Shown: positions 1 through 10,304 of the stretch, piece by piece
Layout of the letters: each line of letters begins with the position of its first letter
Position numbering within the stretch: the first letter of the stretch is position 1
Assembly: GCF_000284115.1 (NCBI RefSeq)
Contig: NC_017080.1
Location: 1,140,001 to 1,172,000, forward strand
From: Phycisphaera mikurensis NBRC 102666
GTDB taxonomy: Bacteria > Planctomycetota > Phycisphaerae > Phycisphaerales > Phycisphaeraceae
Length of the DNA stretch: 32,000 nucleotides
Reading direction: 5' to 3'
The notes under the pieces: generated by a model
Seen by the model: only the letters and a program-made list of their open reading frames with translations
Database searches by the model: none
What the model was told of the DNA's origin: nothing
Made by a program: the position numbers and the translations under genes

Positions 1-1
1 C

Positions 2-196
2 GACGCGAAGCTGATCCGCTGCCACGGCGGCGAGGGCAGCGCGCTCTTCGACCTCGCGGCCGACCCGCACGAGCAGCGGAACCTCTGGGCCGATCCCGGG
101 TCCGCCGCACGCAAGACCGACATGCTTCTCCGCCTCACCGACCGGCAGGCACGCACGGCCGATCCGCTGCCGCGCCGCGTCGGCGTCTTCTGAAGC
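2..196 (+). CDS. Sulfatase, C-terminal fragment (5' truncated by window)
   Basis: Frame 2 open from the window edge to TGA at 194-196, encoding DAKLIRCHGGEGSALFDLAADPHEQRNLWADP, typical of a sulfatase C-terminus (LFDLxxDPxExxNL). It ends 11 nt before the next gene. Confidence 0.75.
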
Positions 197-207
197 GAAG
201 CCCCCGC

Positions 208-2781
208 ATGAAGCGACCGCACGACGCACGAACCGTTTGGCACCCCGGCAACGCGGATCCCGAGGCCGGGGTGGATTGGGTGACCTTCGAGCGCACGTTC
301 GACCTTGACGGTCCGCCTGAGATCGCGCCGCTGTGCCTCTTCGCCACGCATCGGTACCGGCTGCGGGTGAACGGCCGGGTGGTGGCGTCGGGCCCCGCCC
401 GCTACGTGCCGGGCACGGAGTGGCACGACGAGCTGGACCTGCGGCCGCACCTGCGAGCGGGCCGCAACCAGATCGTGGTGGCGTGCTGCTTCCTGGACAG
501 TGTGAACTTCCAGCACGCGCGGGAGCCGCGGGGGCGGTTCCTCGCCTGGGGCGGGGTCCGGGAGGCTGGCAAAGAACCGGTCGATCTCGCCACGCCCGGA
601 GCCTGGCGGTGCCGTCGTCCCTGCGGGCACGCGGCCGGTGCGCCTTCTTTCTCCTTCGCGATCGGCCCGGTCGAGGTGCTGGACACGCGGATCGCCGGCG
701 GGGGTTGGCAGCGTCCCGAGCCGGTGCCCGCCTGCGCGGAGCCGCGGACCACGCCGCGCCTCACGCCGTACGCGACCGGGAAGATCGTGACGCCCGAGGC
801 CGTGTTCGTGGCGGGTGTGGAGGCGAGCGAGACGCGCGTCGGCTACGTGAGCGTCGTCCGCGGGGTGGAGCCGGGGGAGCGGGAGGCGGTGCGACGCCAG
901 GCCTCCCGCTACGCCCTCTGCCTGCACAGCCCGGAGACTCAGCGGGTGCCGTTGTTTCTGCACTGGGGGCCGCACTTCGTCAACGGCGTGGAGCTCGAGC
1001 CCGAGGACGTGCCCGGGCACGGGAACAAGCAGGCGGTGGAGGTGGAGCTGCGGGCGGGATGGAACCTCCTGTGCGGCGAGCCGCAGCAGGTGCAGCCGCG
1101 GCACCCGGTGATGATCGGCTGGCCGGAGGACGCGCAGCTGGCGGCGCGGTCGCGGCCGGACCCGGGCGATGCGGCCGCGCTCCGCTTCCTGGATCCCGAG
1201 GAGATCGACCCCGCCGCGTCGTGGCGCCGCGGCGCCCCGTCCCGCGTCGAGGACCTGCCGGGCGCGGCGTGGCGGACGCGGCCGCGCGGCGGCGTGCTCC
1301 CGCTTCCGGCGCGGGAGATGAGCTGGGACCGACCCGCCGCGGCGGAGGCGAAGCCGTCGCTGCCGGTCCGCCGGTCATCCGGCGGTGGCGCCTTCACCGC
1401 CGTGCTGGATTTCGCCGACGAGTTCCTCGGGCACGTGGTCGTGAAGATCGACGCGCCCGCGGGAACGATCGTCGACGTCGGCTGCGACGAGCGCCGCCGG
1501 GCCGACGGGTGCCTGGACTGGTTCGGCGCGAACCCCTTCGTCGACAGCGCCGATCGCTTCGTCGCCGCCGGGGGCCGGCAGACGCTGGAGACCTTCCACC
1601 CCCGCGGCGGCCGCTTCCTGCAGGTGACGCTGCGTCCGCCGGCGGCGGCGCCGGCGCCGGATCCGCGGTCCGCGGACCGCGGGCCGCTGAGCCTCGAAAG
1701 CGTCACGGTCCGCGACGCGCACTGCCCGCCCGCGTACGACCGGCCGGCTCCCCCGCTGCACGACGAGCTGCTCGCCTGGGCGTGGCGCACCGGGGTGAAC
1801 ACGCTGCGCGCGAGCACCGAGGAAGTTCACTGCGATTCGCCCTGGCGGGAGCGGGGCCTGTACCTGGGGGACGGCCACGTGCAGTCGATGGCGGAGACGC
1901 TGGTGACCACCGACGCCAGCCTCGGCCGCCGGGCGCTGCAGCTGTTCGCGGCGGGTCAGTTTCCCGACGGGCAGCTGCCCTGCGTCGTGCCCTCCTGGCT
2001 GGCCGAGCCGCACGGCGACTTCACGCTCATCTACGCGGTTTGGCTCCGCGACTTCCACGCCGCGGTGGACGATCTCGCGCTCGTTCGTGCGTGCCTGCCC
2101 GCCGTGGACCGCCTGCTCGCGAGCCCGGCGTGGCGAAAATCTCCGCGGTCGATCCTCTGGGACGCGACCGAGGCGAACCGGCTCTTCATCGACTGGGGAT
2201 GCCTCAAAGGGGCGCGCCGCTACGACGAGAACGCGACGCTGAACGCCTTCCGCTTCGCGGCGCTCGGCGCCGCGGCGGACCTGCACGCAGCGGCCGGCGG
2301 GGACGCCGAAGCGGGCCGGTTGCGGGAGGAAGCCGACCGCGTGCGCGACGCGTACCGGGAGCGGCTGTGGCTCGCCGGAGCGGGCCGCTTCGCCGGCGGG
2401 TTCGTGGACGGCGAGCCGGTGGAGCGGGAGGTGATCCACCCCAACGTGCTCGCGCTGGCCCTCGGGCTTGCGGCCCCCGAGCACGAGGAGCGGCTGACCG
2501 AGCACGTGGTCGGCCGCCTCGAAACGAACGCGGAGCACGCCGCCCGCGGCGTCCCGCACGACGACTTCGTCGAGCTGTACTTCCTGAAGCACGCCCTGCA
2601 GGCGCTGCACCGCGTCGGCCGCCGCGGCGTCGCGGAGCGGGTGGTCCGCGACCACCTCTGCATCCTGCGCGAGCACGGCACGCCCACGCTCTGGGAGTGC
2701 GTCCACCGGGGCGTGAAGAACCGCGGGAGCGCCTGCCACTCCTGGTCCGCCGGCTACCTGCACCACCTCGCTCGGCGGTGA
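208..2781 (+). CDS. Alpha-L-rhamnosidase-like glycoside hydrolase (GH78-type)
   Basis: 857-aa ORF with an (alpha/alpha)6-type core: STEEVHCDSPWRERGLYLGDGHVQSMAETL, DWGCLKG, and C-terminal GTPTLWECVHRG...SCHSWSAG. Confidence 0.8.
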   Translation: MKRPHDARTVWHPGNADPEAGVDWVTFERTFDLDGPPEIAPLCLFATHRYRLRVNGRVVASGPARYVPGTEWHDELDLRPHLRAGRNQIVVACCFLDSVNFQHAREPRGRFLAWGGVREAGKEPVDLATPGAWRCRRPCGHAAGAPSFSFAIGPVEVLDTRIAGGGWQRPEPVPACAEPRTTPRLTPYATGKIVTPEAVFVAGVEASETRVGYVSVVRGVEPGEREAVRRQASRYALCLHSPETQRVPLFLHWGPHFVNGVELEPEDVPGHGNKQAVEVELRAGWNLLCGEPQQVQPRHPVMIGWPEDAQLAARSRPDPGDAAALRFLDPEEIDPAASWRRGAPSRVEDLPGAAWRTRPRGGVLPLPAREMSWDRPAAAEAKPSLPVRRSSGGGAFTAVLDFADEFLGHVVVKIDAPAGTIVDVGCDERRRADGCLDWFGANPFVDSADRFVAAGGRQTLETFHPRGGRFLQVTLRPPAAAPAPDPRSADRGPLSLESVTVRDAHCPPAYDRPAPPLHDELLAWAWRTGVNTLRASTEEVHCDSPWRERGLYLGDGHVQSMAETLVTTDASLGRRALQLFAAGQFPDGQLPCVVPSWLAEPHGDFTLIYAVWLRDFHAAVDDLALVRACLPAVDRLLASPAWRKSPRSILWDATEANRLFIDWGCLKGARRYDENATLNAFRFAALGAAADLHAAAGGDAEAGRLREEADRVRDAYRERLWLAGAGRFAGGFVDGEPVEREVIHPNVLALALGLAAPEHEERLTEHVVGRLETNAEHAARGVPHDDFVELYFLKHALQALHRVGRRGVAERVVRDHLCILREHGTPTLWECVHRGVKNRGSACHSWSAGYLHHLARR
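1670..1715 (-). repeat. 46-bp dispersed inverted-repeat element, copy H (inside CDS)
   Basis: CCGCGGACCG-cgggccgctgagcctcgaaagcgtca-CGGTCCGCGA, one mismatch in the right arm. Inside the rhamnosidase-like gene in the antisense orientation. Confidence 0.7.
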
Positions 2782-2803
2782 ACCGCCGGCGTGCTGCGCA
2801 CCG

Positions 2804-4237
2804 TCAGGCCCGCGCCTCCTCCGCGGTCACCCGCCGCTGCCCGGCGGGCTTCATCGCTTCGGGGCCGAGCACCTCGGGCAGCTCCTCGCCCAGCTCGCTC
2901 ATCCGCCGCAGCAGGCGTTCCCGCATCGCCTCCCGCACCGGCGTGTGCGACTCGAACGACACCAGGTTGAACAGCTCGTACGGGTCGTGCAGCAGGTCGT
3001 AGAGCTCCACCTCCCGGAGCCGGTCCTGCCCGCCGGTGTAGCCGGCCCGGTGCCAGTCGGGCCGGTCCGGGTCGCGGGTGATGTACTTCCAGCGGCGGGT
3101 GCGGACCGTCCGCCCCCAGCACGCCTCGCTCACCTGCACGTACACCTCCTCGGGCCAGGACGCCACGGCGTCCGGCTCCTTCCGCACCAGCGGCAGCAGG
3201 CTGCGGCCCTCGAAGGTGTCGGGAACGTCGATGCCCGCCGCGTCGAGCAGCGTCGCGGGCAGGTCCACCAGCGAGACGAGCGGGTCGACCCGGCCGCCGC
3301 CTTTGAACGGCCCGCCGGCGAGCACCGTGGGCACGCGGATCGAGGCCTCGTGGCCGGAGCGCTTGTCCTGGGCGTTGCGGGTCTCGAAGTGGCAGCCGTG
3401 GTCGGAGGTGAACAGGATCACGGTGTTGTCGAGCTGGCCGTGGCTCTGCAGCGCGTCGCACACCCGGCCGAGCGCCTCGTCGAGGCGCTTGACCATCCCG
3501 AAGTAGCCGCCCAGGTGGCCCGGAGCCGAGCCGCCCACCGCGGTGCCGGCGGAGCCGAGGCTCGGCAGCGAGGCCAGATCGGGCGGGCACCAGCGGCCGG
3601 TGTACGGCTGCCGCCAGCCGTCGGGGGCCACGTAGTCGTACGCGTGGTTCTGGTGGTGCGGCTCCAGGAAGCTGCAGAACGCGAAGAAGGGGTGCTCGTC
3701 GCGGTCGGGCGCCCGCAGCCGGTCGTCGAGGTGCCGGATGAGCGCGTCCGCGAGCGCGTCGACGCGGTAGCCGGGCAGGTCGACGGGTTGCCCGTCCCGG
3801 TCCCAGAGCCGGGTGTGGTACGCGTCGGAGGTCTGCTCGAGGAGGTTCGCGGCCAGCCAGTACCCGTAGCCGCCACGCTGCTCCGGCGGCACCGGACCCC
3901 GCACGCCGCGGTCGTCGGCGAGGTGCCACTTGCCCAGGTAGCCGGTGCGGTAGCCGGCCTCGGTGAAGAGCGTGCCGAGGTTGGGCAGCTCCCGGGTGAG
4001 GCCGATGCCGTTGGTCACGGTGCCGTTGGTGGTCGCGTGCGTCCCGGTCTGCAGGCAGGCCCGGGCCGGGCCGCACACCGGCTGGCAGGTGAAGCTGCGG
4101 TGCACGTCGGTGCCGCCGCGGGCGAGGCGGTCCAGGTTGGGCGTGAGGCCCAGCGGGCAGCCGTGCACGCCGGTGGTGTCGTGGCGTTGCTGGTCGGTGA
4201 AGAAGACCAGGACGTTGGGGCGAGGGGTGGTGCTCAT
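2804..4237 (-). CDS. Sulfatase (formylglycine-dependent, Cys type)
   Basis: N-terminus [21 protein letters not shown], CxPxR-type motif CGPAR, then LFTSDHG. ATG overlaps the upstream gene's stop (ATGA). Confidence 0.93.
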   Translation of the reverse strand: MSTTPRPNVLVFFTDQQRHDTTGVHGCPLGLTPNLDRLARGGTDVHRSFTCQPVCGPARACLQTGTHATTNGTVTNGIGLTRELPNLGTLFTEAGYRTGYLGKWHLADDRGVRGPVPPEQRGGYGYWLAANLLEQTSDAYHTRLWDRDGQPVDLPGYRVDALADALIRHLDDRLRAPDRDEHPFFAFCSFLEPHHQNHAYDYVAPDGWRQPYTGRWCPPDLASLPSLGSAGTAVGGSAPGHLGGYFGMVKRLDEALGRVCDALQSHGQLDNTVILFTSDHGCHFETRNAQDKRSGHEASIRVPTVLAGGPFKGGGRVDPLVSLVDLPATLLDAAGIDVPDTFEGRSLLPLVRKEPDAVASWPEEVYVQVSEACWGRTVRTRRWKYITRDPDRPDWHRAGYTGGQDRLREVELYDLLHDPYELFNLVSFESHTPVREAMRERLLRRMSELGEELPEVLGPEAMKPAGQRRVTAEEARA

Positions 4238-5415
4238 GCGGAGGCGGCGCCGGCGGCACCGGCGGTGGCGGGCGGGCCGACGAGCATCCCCTCCGGCAGC
4301 TCCGCGGGCATCGGGGCCGGCCGCTCCGCGGTGCTGCCGAGGCGGACGAACCCCGCCCGCTCGGCCGACTCCCCGCAGGCGACGATCGCGTCGAGCACGT
4401 GCAGGCCGAGGGCGCCGGAGCAGCGGGGCTCGCGGTTCTCCGCGAGCGCGGCCGCCATGTCGGCCAGCCCGACCGATCGCTCGAAGCCCGTCGGCGTCGC
4501 GGCTCCGAGCTCGCGCGGCCCGTCCTCGTCCACCCGCTGAAGGATCGGCAGCAGGTCGAACTGGTTGGGGTCGGGCACCCGGAGGGCGCCCTCGGTTCCG
4601 TACACCGTGATCGGCCGCTGCCGGTCGTAGAAGCTCACCCGCGTCGCGAAGGAGGTGCTCAGCGTCCCGGTCGGCCCCGAGGCGAAACGCAGGATCGCGG
4701 CGAAGTGATCGGGCACCTCGATCTCGAAGCCCTCGCCGTGCCGAGGGCCGGGGCCACCGGCGGCGTCCCGGTGCGTGATCTCCCGCCGCGGGATCTTCTT
4801 GTCGGCGAAGCAGCCGACCGTGGAGACCGGCCCGAGAAGGTTCACCAGCGCCGTGAGGTAGTACGGCCCCATGTCGAACATCGGCCCGCCGCCGGGCTGG
4901 TAGAAGAACTCGGGATTGGGGTGCCAGTGCTCCACGCCGCGGGCGAACATCCGGGCGTCGAAGTGCAGCGGCTCGCCGATGAGCCCGTCGTCGATCGCCC
5001 GGCGAGCCGTCTGCTGCCCGGCGCCCAGGAAAGTGTCCGGGGCGGTACCGACGGTGAGGCCCGCGGCCGCGGCCTCGGCCAGCAGCGCCGAGCTCTCTTC
5101 GCGGTCGGTGCCCAGCGGCTTCTCGCCGAAGACGTGCTTGCCCGCGGCGATGGCCCGGCGGCCGGTCTCCGCGTGCGCGGTCGGGATCGTCAGGTTCAGC
5201 ACGCAGTCGACCTCCGCGGCCGCGAAAAGCTCGTCCACGCCGTAGGCCGCGGGCACGCCGAAGCCTGCCGCCGCGGACTCCGCCGCCTCGCGACGGAGAT
5301 CGGCCACGGCGACGATCTCGAAGCCGCGGTGGGTCGCGGCGTGGGGCAGGTACTTCTTGCGGGCGATGTTGCCGCAGCCCAGGACGCCGACGCGGAGGGG
5401 TCTGGAATCAGCCAT
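4234..5415 (-). CDS. Gfo/Idh/MocA family oxidoreductase
   Basis: Start set at [31 protein letters not shown] (Rossmann GxGxxA-like) and EKPLGTD. The listed ORF to 6033 is an over-extension. Confidence 0.92.
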   Translation of the reverse strand: MADSRPLRVGVLGCGNIARKKYLPHAATHRGFEIVAVADLRREAAESAAAGFGVPAAYGVDELFAAAEVDCVLNLTIPTAHAETGRRAIAAGKHVFGEKPLGTDREESSALLAEAAAAGLTVGTAPDTFLGAGQQTARRAIDDGLIGEPLHFDARMFARGVEHWHPNPEFFYQPGGGPMFDMGPYYLTALVNLLGPVSTVGCFADKKIPRREITHRDAAGGPGPRHGEGFEIEVPDHFAAILRFASGPTGTLSTSFATRVSFYDRQRPITVYGTEGALRVPDPNQFDLLPILQRVDEDGPRELGAATPTGFERSVGLADMAAALAENREPRCSGALGLHVLDAIVACGESAERAGFVRLGSTAERPAPMPAELPEGMLVGPPATAGAAGAASA

Positions 5416-5460
5416 GGAGGAGCGGGAAGAGGGAGAAGTCGCGGCGAGAGACGCCGCCCG

Positions 5461-5506
5461 CCGCGGACCGCGACGGTTCTGAAGCCCGGACCGCCGCGAT
5501 CCGCGG
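5461..5506 (-). repeat. 46-bp dispersed inverted-repeat element, copy G
   Basis: CCGCGGACCG-N26-CGATCCGCGG, one mismatch in the right arm. Lies 46 bp upstream of the oxidoreductase start. Strand assigned by interior consensus. Confidence 0.7.
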
Positions 5507-5932
5507 CGCCGGAAAGGTACCGGCCCCGCTCGCGGTGGCGCCGGAGCCGGGGCGCCACCGGTCCGGCGGCCGGCTTCTCCGGGCCCGGCACGCCCCGCCC
5601 GGAGCGAGGCGAGGCGAGGCGGCGTGCGGCTTCCCGGCTCGGCCCTCCATCTGCTCGCTCGCCGCGAGCATCCGGAACACGCTCGACCCGGTCGCGGCCC
5701 GCCGTCGCTGCCGGCCCGCGGACCCTCTACGCTGCGTCGGCGCGTGCCGGGCTGCCGGGGGAGAGGCAGAGCGCCGTGCGGGGGCGGAGGCTGCGCGTGA
5801 CCCGCGGAACCCAGGGACGCGCCGGCCGCGGCGGCTTCCCCGGGCTCCGGCTCCGGCGGCCGCGGCTCGCCGCCTTCGAACCGCGCGTCCGCCCGCTCTC
5901 GACCCCGCTTGCTCTCCCCCGGGCCCCTTGCC

Positions 5933-6994
5933 GTGAATCCCACCCCGACGCTCCACGACGTGGCCCGCTTGGCGGGGGTGAACGAGGCGACGGTGTCGCG
6001 GGCCTTCTCGCGGCGTGCGCCCGTCGCGGCCAAGACCCGCGAGCGGATCTTCGAGGCGGCCCGCCGCGTGGGCTACCGGCCGAGCATGGCGGCCCGGATG
6101 ACGCGGACCGGCCGCAGCGGGCTCATCGGCGTCGTCCGGAGCCCCGTCGGGGGCCACTCGGTGGACCATCCGTCGTTCCTGCTGGGGCTCGGCGGCGAGC
6201 TGCACCGGCGGGGGCTCTGCCCCGTGGGCGACGTGCTGAGCGTGCCGGGGGACCCGGACATGGATCCCGCTGCGCCGGCCCCCGCGGTGCCCCGCATCAT
6301 CCGGGAGCACCTCGCGGACGGCTTCCTCATCAACTACGCCTTCGGGATGCCCGAAGCCGCGGAGCGGCTGCTCAGCGGGTCGGGTGTGCCGGCGATCTGG
6401 ATCAACCAGCTGCGGGAGCAGAACTGCGTGCGGCCCGACGACCGGGGAGCCGCGGCCGAGGCCACCGCCTACCTGCTCGGCCGCGGCTGCCGGGACATCG
6501 CTTACGTGGCCGCTCCCGCCTCCTCCTCCTCCGCGGGGGCGTCGCGGGCGGAGCACTTCAGCCGCGCGGCGCGGGAGCGGGGTTACCGCGACGCCATGTC
6601 CGCCGCCGGGGTCCCCGCCCGGGTGGAGGCGCTGCCCCCGCTGCCGCCCGCCGGCGCGTACGAGCGGCGGCTCGGCCACGTGCTCCGCAGCCACGTGGCG
6701 CTCCTGAGCCGGCGCGACCGGCCCGAGGCGGTGCTGTGCGAGGCCGACGGCCGCGTGATGCTCGCCGCGGCGAGCGAAGCCGGGCTCCGCGTGCCCGGGG
6801 AGCTCGCGGTCTTCGGCATCGACAACGACCCCGGCGGCGACGTGCGGATCGCGATGGACCGGCTGGTCGTGCCGTTCTGGGCCATGGGCCGGTCGGCCGT
6901 CGAGGAGGTCTGCGGCCTCATCGAGGAGCCCGACCGGCCGCGGCCGCCGGTGGTGCTGCCCTTCGAGTTCCACCGCGCCGGCACGGTCGCCTGA
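5933..6994 (+). CDS. LacI family transcriptional regulator
   Basis: N-terminal [50 protein letters not shown] and periplasmic-binding-like domain. GTG start at 5933 preferred over the listed 5909. Confidence 0.93.
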   Translation: MNPTPTLHDVARLAGVNEATVSRAFSRRAPVAAKTRERIFEAARRVGYRPSMAARMTRTGRSGLIGVVRSPVGGHSVDHPSFLLGLGGELHRRGLCPVGDVLSVPGDPDMDPAAPAPAVPRIIREHLADGFLINYAFGMPEAAERLLSGSGVPAIWINQLREQNCVRPDDRGAAAEATAYLLGRGCRDIAYVAAPASSSSAGASRAEHFSRAARERGYRDAMSAAGVPARVEALPPLPPAGAYERRLGHVLRSHVALLSRRDRPEAVLCEADGRVMLAAASEAGLRVPGELAVFGIDNDPGGDVRIAMDRLVVPFWAMGRSAVEEVCGLIEEPDRPRPPVVLPFEFHRAGTVA

Positions 6995-7164
6995 ACCGGC
7001 TCGGCCCGGCCCGGCCCGGCCCGCTCCGGTCCGGTCGGGCCGACGCCGCGTGCGCGGTCGCGCCCGCGGCCGCCCAGCGAGCGGGGGGCGGGGAGGGGCA
7101 CGGCCGGTGGCGAGCCGGCGCGGCACCCCGAATCTTGACGGCCGCAAACGCCGAGCTACCCTTG

Positions 7165-7178
7165 TGCATACGTTTGCA
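7165..7178. promoter_or_regulatory. Candidate LacI/CcpA-type operator
   Basis: TGCATACGTTTGCA is a near palindrome and fits TGNAANCGNTTNCA with one mismatch. Between a LacI gene and the prepilin-like gene. Confidence 0.5.
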
Positions 7179-7305
7179 GTGCTTCTCGGGGCCCGGTTTC
7201 TACCCCGCTCGTCCCACCCCGCCGCCGCCATCTGCCGCGGCGGTTTTCGCCTTTTCGCCGCACCCCGGCGCTCTCCGCCCCTCTTCTCTTCTGAAGGTGA
7301 TCTCG

Positions 7306-8229
7306 ATGTCTGCTCGCTCTGACCGCCTCCCGCAGCGCTTCTCCGGGCCCCGTCACGCGGCGCGCCCCGCCGGCTTCACCCTGATCGAGCTGCTCGTGGT
7401 GATCTCGATCATCGCGCTTCTCATCGGGATCCTCCTGCCGGCCTTGGGCGCGGCGCGGGCCTCGGCCCGCAGCGCCCTGTGCAAGAGCAACCTGCGTCAG
7501 CAGGGCATCGGCTTCAACGCGTACGCGGCCGACTTCAAGGACTTCCTCCCGGTCGGCTCCTACGGGGTTCCCGGCACCGGCTGGACCGTCAGCATCTGGG
7601 ACGTCTTCGTCGACGAGGGCTACATGGAGGGCCCGACCGAGACCGACTTCAACCCGACCGGCGCTCCCGGCACGTCGCTGCGGCCCGGGGTGGTCGGCAC
7701 CGCCTTCTACTGCCCCGGCTCGGAAGACTCGGTGAGCAGCTCCGTCTCCATCAACGGCGTGCCCGGCTATGCGAACGGCAAGACCGACACACCGGCGCAC
7801 GCGGTGGGGCGACGCACCTTCAACCGGGTGGGCAAGGCCGACCGCTTCATCGACTCCTGGTACCAGGTCAATGGCTCCTTCATCGACGCCCCCGGCAAAG
7901 TCCAGAGGATCCCCTGGTTCCCTCTCAACGCGTTCAGCAGGGACTACACGCCGGTCCACGCCCGGCTCTTCGACTTCGATGATCCCTCCGGCATGGCGGG
8001 CATCCTCGACGGCTACGCGGCTCACAACCTGAACACCGCGGCGGTGCCGACCAACCGGCACCCCGCCGGGGAGGCTGGCACCGTCCAGCTCGACGGCCAC
8101 GTGGAGGCGATCCAAGCCGGCGTGAACCCGCAGACCATCAAAGACCGGACCACGAAGAACGTCTTCGTGGACAAGGCCGAGTCGCTGCAGATGCCGGTGC
8201 AGCTGCGGGTGGCAGAGACCTTCCCCTGA
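7306..8229 (+). CDS. Prepilin-type N-terminal cleavage/methylation domain protein (DUF1559-like)
   Basis: [43 protein letters not shown] and C-terminal [10 protein letters not shown]. Confidence 0.88.
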   Translation: MSARSDRLPQRFSGPRHAARPAGFTLIELLVVISIIALLIGILLPALGAARASARSALCKSNLRQQGIGFNAYAADFKDFLPVGSYGVPGTGWTVSIWDVFVDEGYMEGPTETDFNPTGAPGTSLRPGVVGTAFYCPGSEDSVSSSVSINGVPGYANGKTDTPAHAVGRRTFNRVGKADRFIDSWYQVNGSFIDAPGKVQRIPWFPLNAFSRDYTPVHARLFDFDDPSGMAGILDGYAAHNLNTAAVPTNRHPAGEAGTVQLDGHVEAIQAGVNPQTIKDRTTKNVFVDKAESLQMPVQLRVAETFP

Positions 8230-8287
8230 TCCGCGCCCCGGCGGGGTCTTGAGCACCCGAGCCCGCAGCCCCGCGTCCGCCACGCCC

Positions 8288-10036
8288 TCACGAAACGCGG
8301 ACCTCCACCACGCAGACCGACGCCGCGGGCAACTCGACGTCCACGGCGGCGCCGCCCTCGGCTTCGTGTGCCCGCGCGTCCAGCTCCCGCGTGCGGGCTT
8401 TGGTTCGGGCGTAGGGCTGCGACTCGTCTTCGTCGGGGAGCAGGGCGTGCAAGACCACCCCGCTCACGGAGCCGGGCTCCACACCGCGGAGCAGAAGGCG
8501 GACGGGCAGCGGCCGGCCGAAGCCGCGGTGGATGACGTGGACCAGCACGCGGCCGTCGTCGGCGGTGGCGACCACGTCGAGCGGGCCGATCTCCGGGCCG
8601 ATCGCCTCGCCGTCGAGCGTCAGGTCCAGCCGGGCGGGAGCGGGGGGGTTCTCGATGCTCACCGCCCGCACGTGATCCCCGTGCAGCCCGGCGTAGAGCG
8701 AGGCCACCCGGCCGGTGGGGGTGAGGTACACGCCACCGGGTTCCTCGGGGTTCCCGCGGACCGAGCCGATCGTCCAGCGCTCGGCGAGCATCATCGACTG
8801 CGTCGCGAGCGTCACCTTCCCGGGCCCCTCGCCCGCGTGCCGCAGCAGGCCGTGCAGGTAGCCGGCGGAGCCGAGCGCCCGGGCGTGCGCGGTGACCGTG
8901 GGGTGGGGCTTGTCCCAGCCGCCCCAGCCGTTCCAGTTCCACTCGGTGCAGGCGACCTCGTAGCCGCCTCTCTTGGCGATCGCAAGAAAAGCCGGATCCA
9001 GCGAGCGTGACGCGCCGCTGGCGTCGATGCCGCGCGGGTGCCAGACGCCGAAGAGGTGCAGCGCCTCGGCCGGAAGGTCCGCGCCGGCGGTGGGCTCGCC
9101 GTTGAAGACGAAGTTCCCCTTGCCCCAGGGCCCGTAGTGGTGCCGGGTGATCCAGCGGAAACGCTCCCGCACCCGCGGGTCCAGCAGGATGGTCGCGTCC
9201 GCGACCTCATCGCGGAACTCGCCCTCCCCGACCAGCTCGATCGTCGGGTCCACCGCGAGCATGGCGTCGGCGATCGCGACCAGCGCATCGGCGATGCGCC
9301 CGGCCGCGGCTCGCTTCTCCGCGGGTGTCTTCCCGGCCCAGAAGTCGCCGTGGCGCTTGCCCTGCAGCTGGACGAACAGCTCGTTGCCGACCTGCCACCG
9401 CTGCACGCCCCAGGGCTCGAAGCGGCCGTTGGCCGCACGCAGCGCCGCCCACTTCTGCGTCTCGGGATCCATCCCCGGCTCCAGCGGCGCGTTCATGTAG
9501 GCCACCAGGCCCGCGGCCTGGGCCGCCGTCTCCGCGAGGCTCGACCCGTCGCCGCGTCGGCCCTCGGGGTCCTCGAGGCCCAGCGCGTCCACGACCGCCG
9601 GCGCGGCCTTCACCACGATCAGCGGCTCGGCCCCGAGCTCCCCGCAGAGCTCCAGGAACCGGTCGTAGGTGAAGCGGTTGGTCAGCGGCTCCTCGCCGCG
9701 GCTCTTCGAGCGCGGCTGCTCCGGGCGGCCGGGCATTTCGATGCGGTCGGTCCAGCGGAGGAAGGGCAGGTCGCTGCCGGCGGGGAAGCGGAGGATCGGC
9801 GCGTTCAACTCCCGCAGCTTCGCGACGACGGCGTCCGGCAGCTCGCCGGTCTCCTCGTCGGCGAAAGCTTCGGGCCCGCGCTCGCCCCAGCTGGCGATCT
9901 CCAGGAACTGCCCGAAGAGCAGCGGCGACAGCGGCGGCCCCGCCTCGGCCGCGACCCGGATGGCCGTGACGGGCTCGGCCCGCAGCGGGAGCGTCGCGGC
10001 GGCGAGCAGGAGGACGGCGAGCGGGAGGAGCTTCAT
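8288..10036 (-). CDS. Secreted GH51-like alpha-L-arabinofuranosidase-type hydrolase
   Basis: Signal peptide MKLLPLAVLLLAAATLPLRA. LLFGQFLEIA, LRFPAGS, VQRWQVGNELF (acid/base region) and YEVACTEWNWNGW (nucleophile region). Start set at 10036. Confidence 0.7.
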   Translation of the reverse strand: MKLLPLAVLLLAAATLPLRAEPVTAIRVAAEAGPPLSPLLFGQFLEIASWGERGPEAFADEETGELPDAVVAKLRELNAPILRFPAGSDLPFLRWTDRIEMPGRPEQPRSKSRGEEPLTNRFTYDRFLELCGELGAEPLIVVKAAPAVVDALGLEDPEGRRGDGSSLAETAAQAAGLVAYMNAPLEPGMDPETQKWAALRAANGRFEPWGVQRWQVGNELFVQLQGKRHGDFWAGKTPAEKRAAAGRIADALVAIADAMLAVDPTIELVGEGEFRDEVADATILLDPRVRERFRWITRHHYGPWGKGNFVFNGEPTAGADLPAEALHLFGVWHPRGIDASGASRSLDPAFLAIAKRGGYEVACTEWNWNGWGGWDKPHPTVTAHARALGSAGYLHGLLRHAGEGPGKVTLATQSMMLAERWTIGSVRGNPEEPGGVYLTPTGRVASLYAGLHGDHVRAVSIENPPAPARLDLTLDGEAIGPEIGPLDVVATADDGRVLVHVIHRGFGRPLPVRLLLRGVEPGSVSGVVLHALLPDEDESQPYARTKARTRELDARAHEAEGGAAVDVELPAASVCVVEVRVS

Positions 10037-10201
10037 GGGGAGGATGAGCCGCGGCGAGCGGGGCCGCCCGGCGGGCGGTTTCGGCGTCGAGCCCTCGGAT
10101 CCACTTCCTGATCGTCGAGCCGTGGCCGTGGCCGTGGTCGCGCGGGCGGGCGTGGTGCCCGGTGGCTCCGTCCACCCGCGGCCGATCCGGGGGCCGAGGA
10201 G

Positions 10202-10247
10202 CCGCGGACCGCGGCGGATTTCCGCCGGAAACGTCGACGGTCCGCGG
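10202..10247 (-). repeat. 46-bp dispersed inverted-repeat element, copy A
   Basis: CCGCGGACCG-cggcggatttccgccggaaacgtcga-CGGTCCGCGG. Perfect 10-bp arms. The interior has its own hairpin, CGGCGGA-TT-TCCGCCG. Confidence 0.85.
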
Positions 10248-10262
10248 AGGGTACACATGGAC

Positions 10263-10276
10263 GGCAAACGATTACA
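10263..10276 (-). promoter_or_regulatory. Candidate LacI/CcpA-type operator
   Basis: The minus strand reads TGTAATCGTTTGCC, matching TGNAANCGNTTNCA except the last base. 28 bp upstream of the likely start at 10305. Confidence 0.5.
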
Positions 10277-10304
10277 TTCGAGGATCCGCACCCGTTTCCT
10301 GCTC

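Noticed and set aside
7002-7023. (CGGCC)n short tandem repeat after the LacI gene
   Set aside because: Low-complexity GC run of four short units. Not distinctive enough beyond compositional bias.
4399-8229. 1276-aa plus-strand ORF and other very long alternate-frame ORFs (e.g. 19959-23258 minus, 29013-31487 minus, 333-3002 plus)
   Set aside because: Typical antisense/shadow ORFs of high-GC codon usage. The real family motifs lie in the other frame. Only the 7306-8229 part of the first is supported.
8754-8763. Single arm CCGCGGACCG (also at 12012-12021, 25553-25562 and 26018-26027)
   Set aside because: No CGGTCCGCGG-like partner at the +36 offset. All lie in coding sequence and are plausible as chance or codon-use half-sites, so they were not counted as family members.
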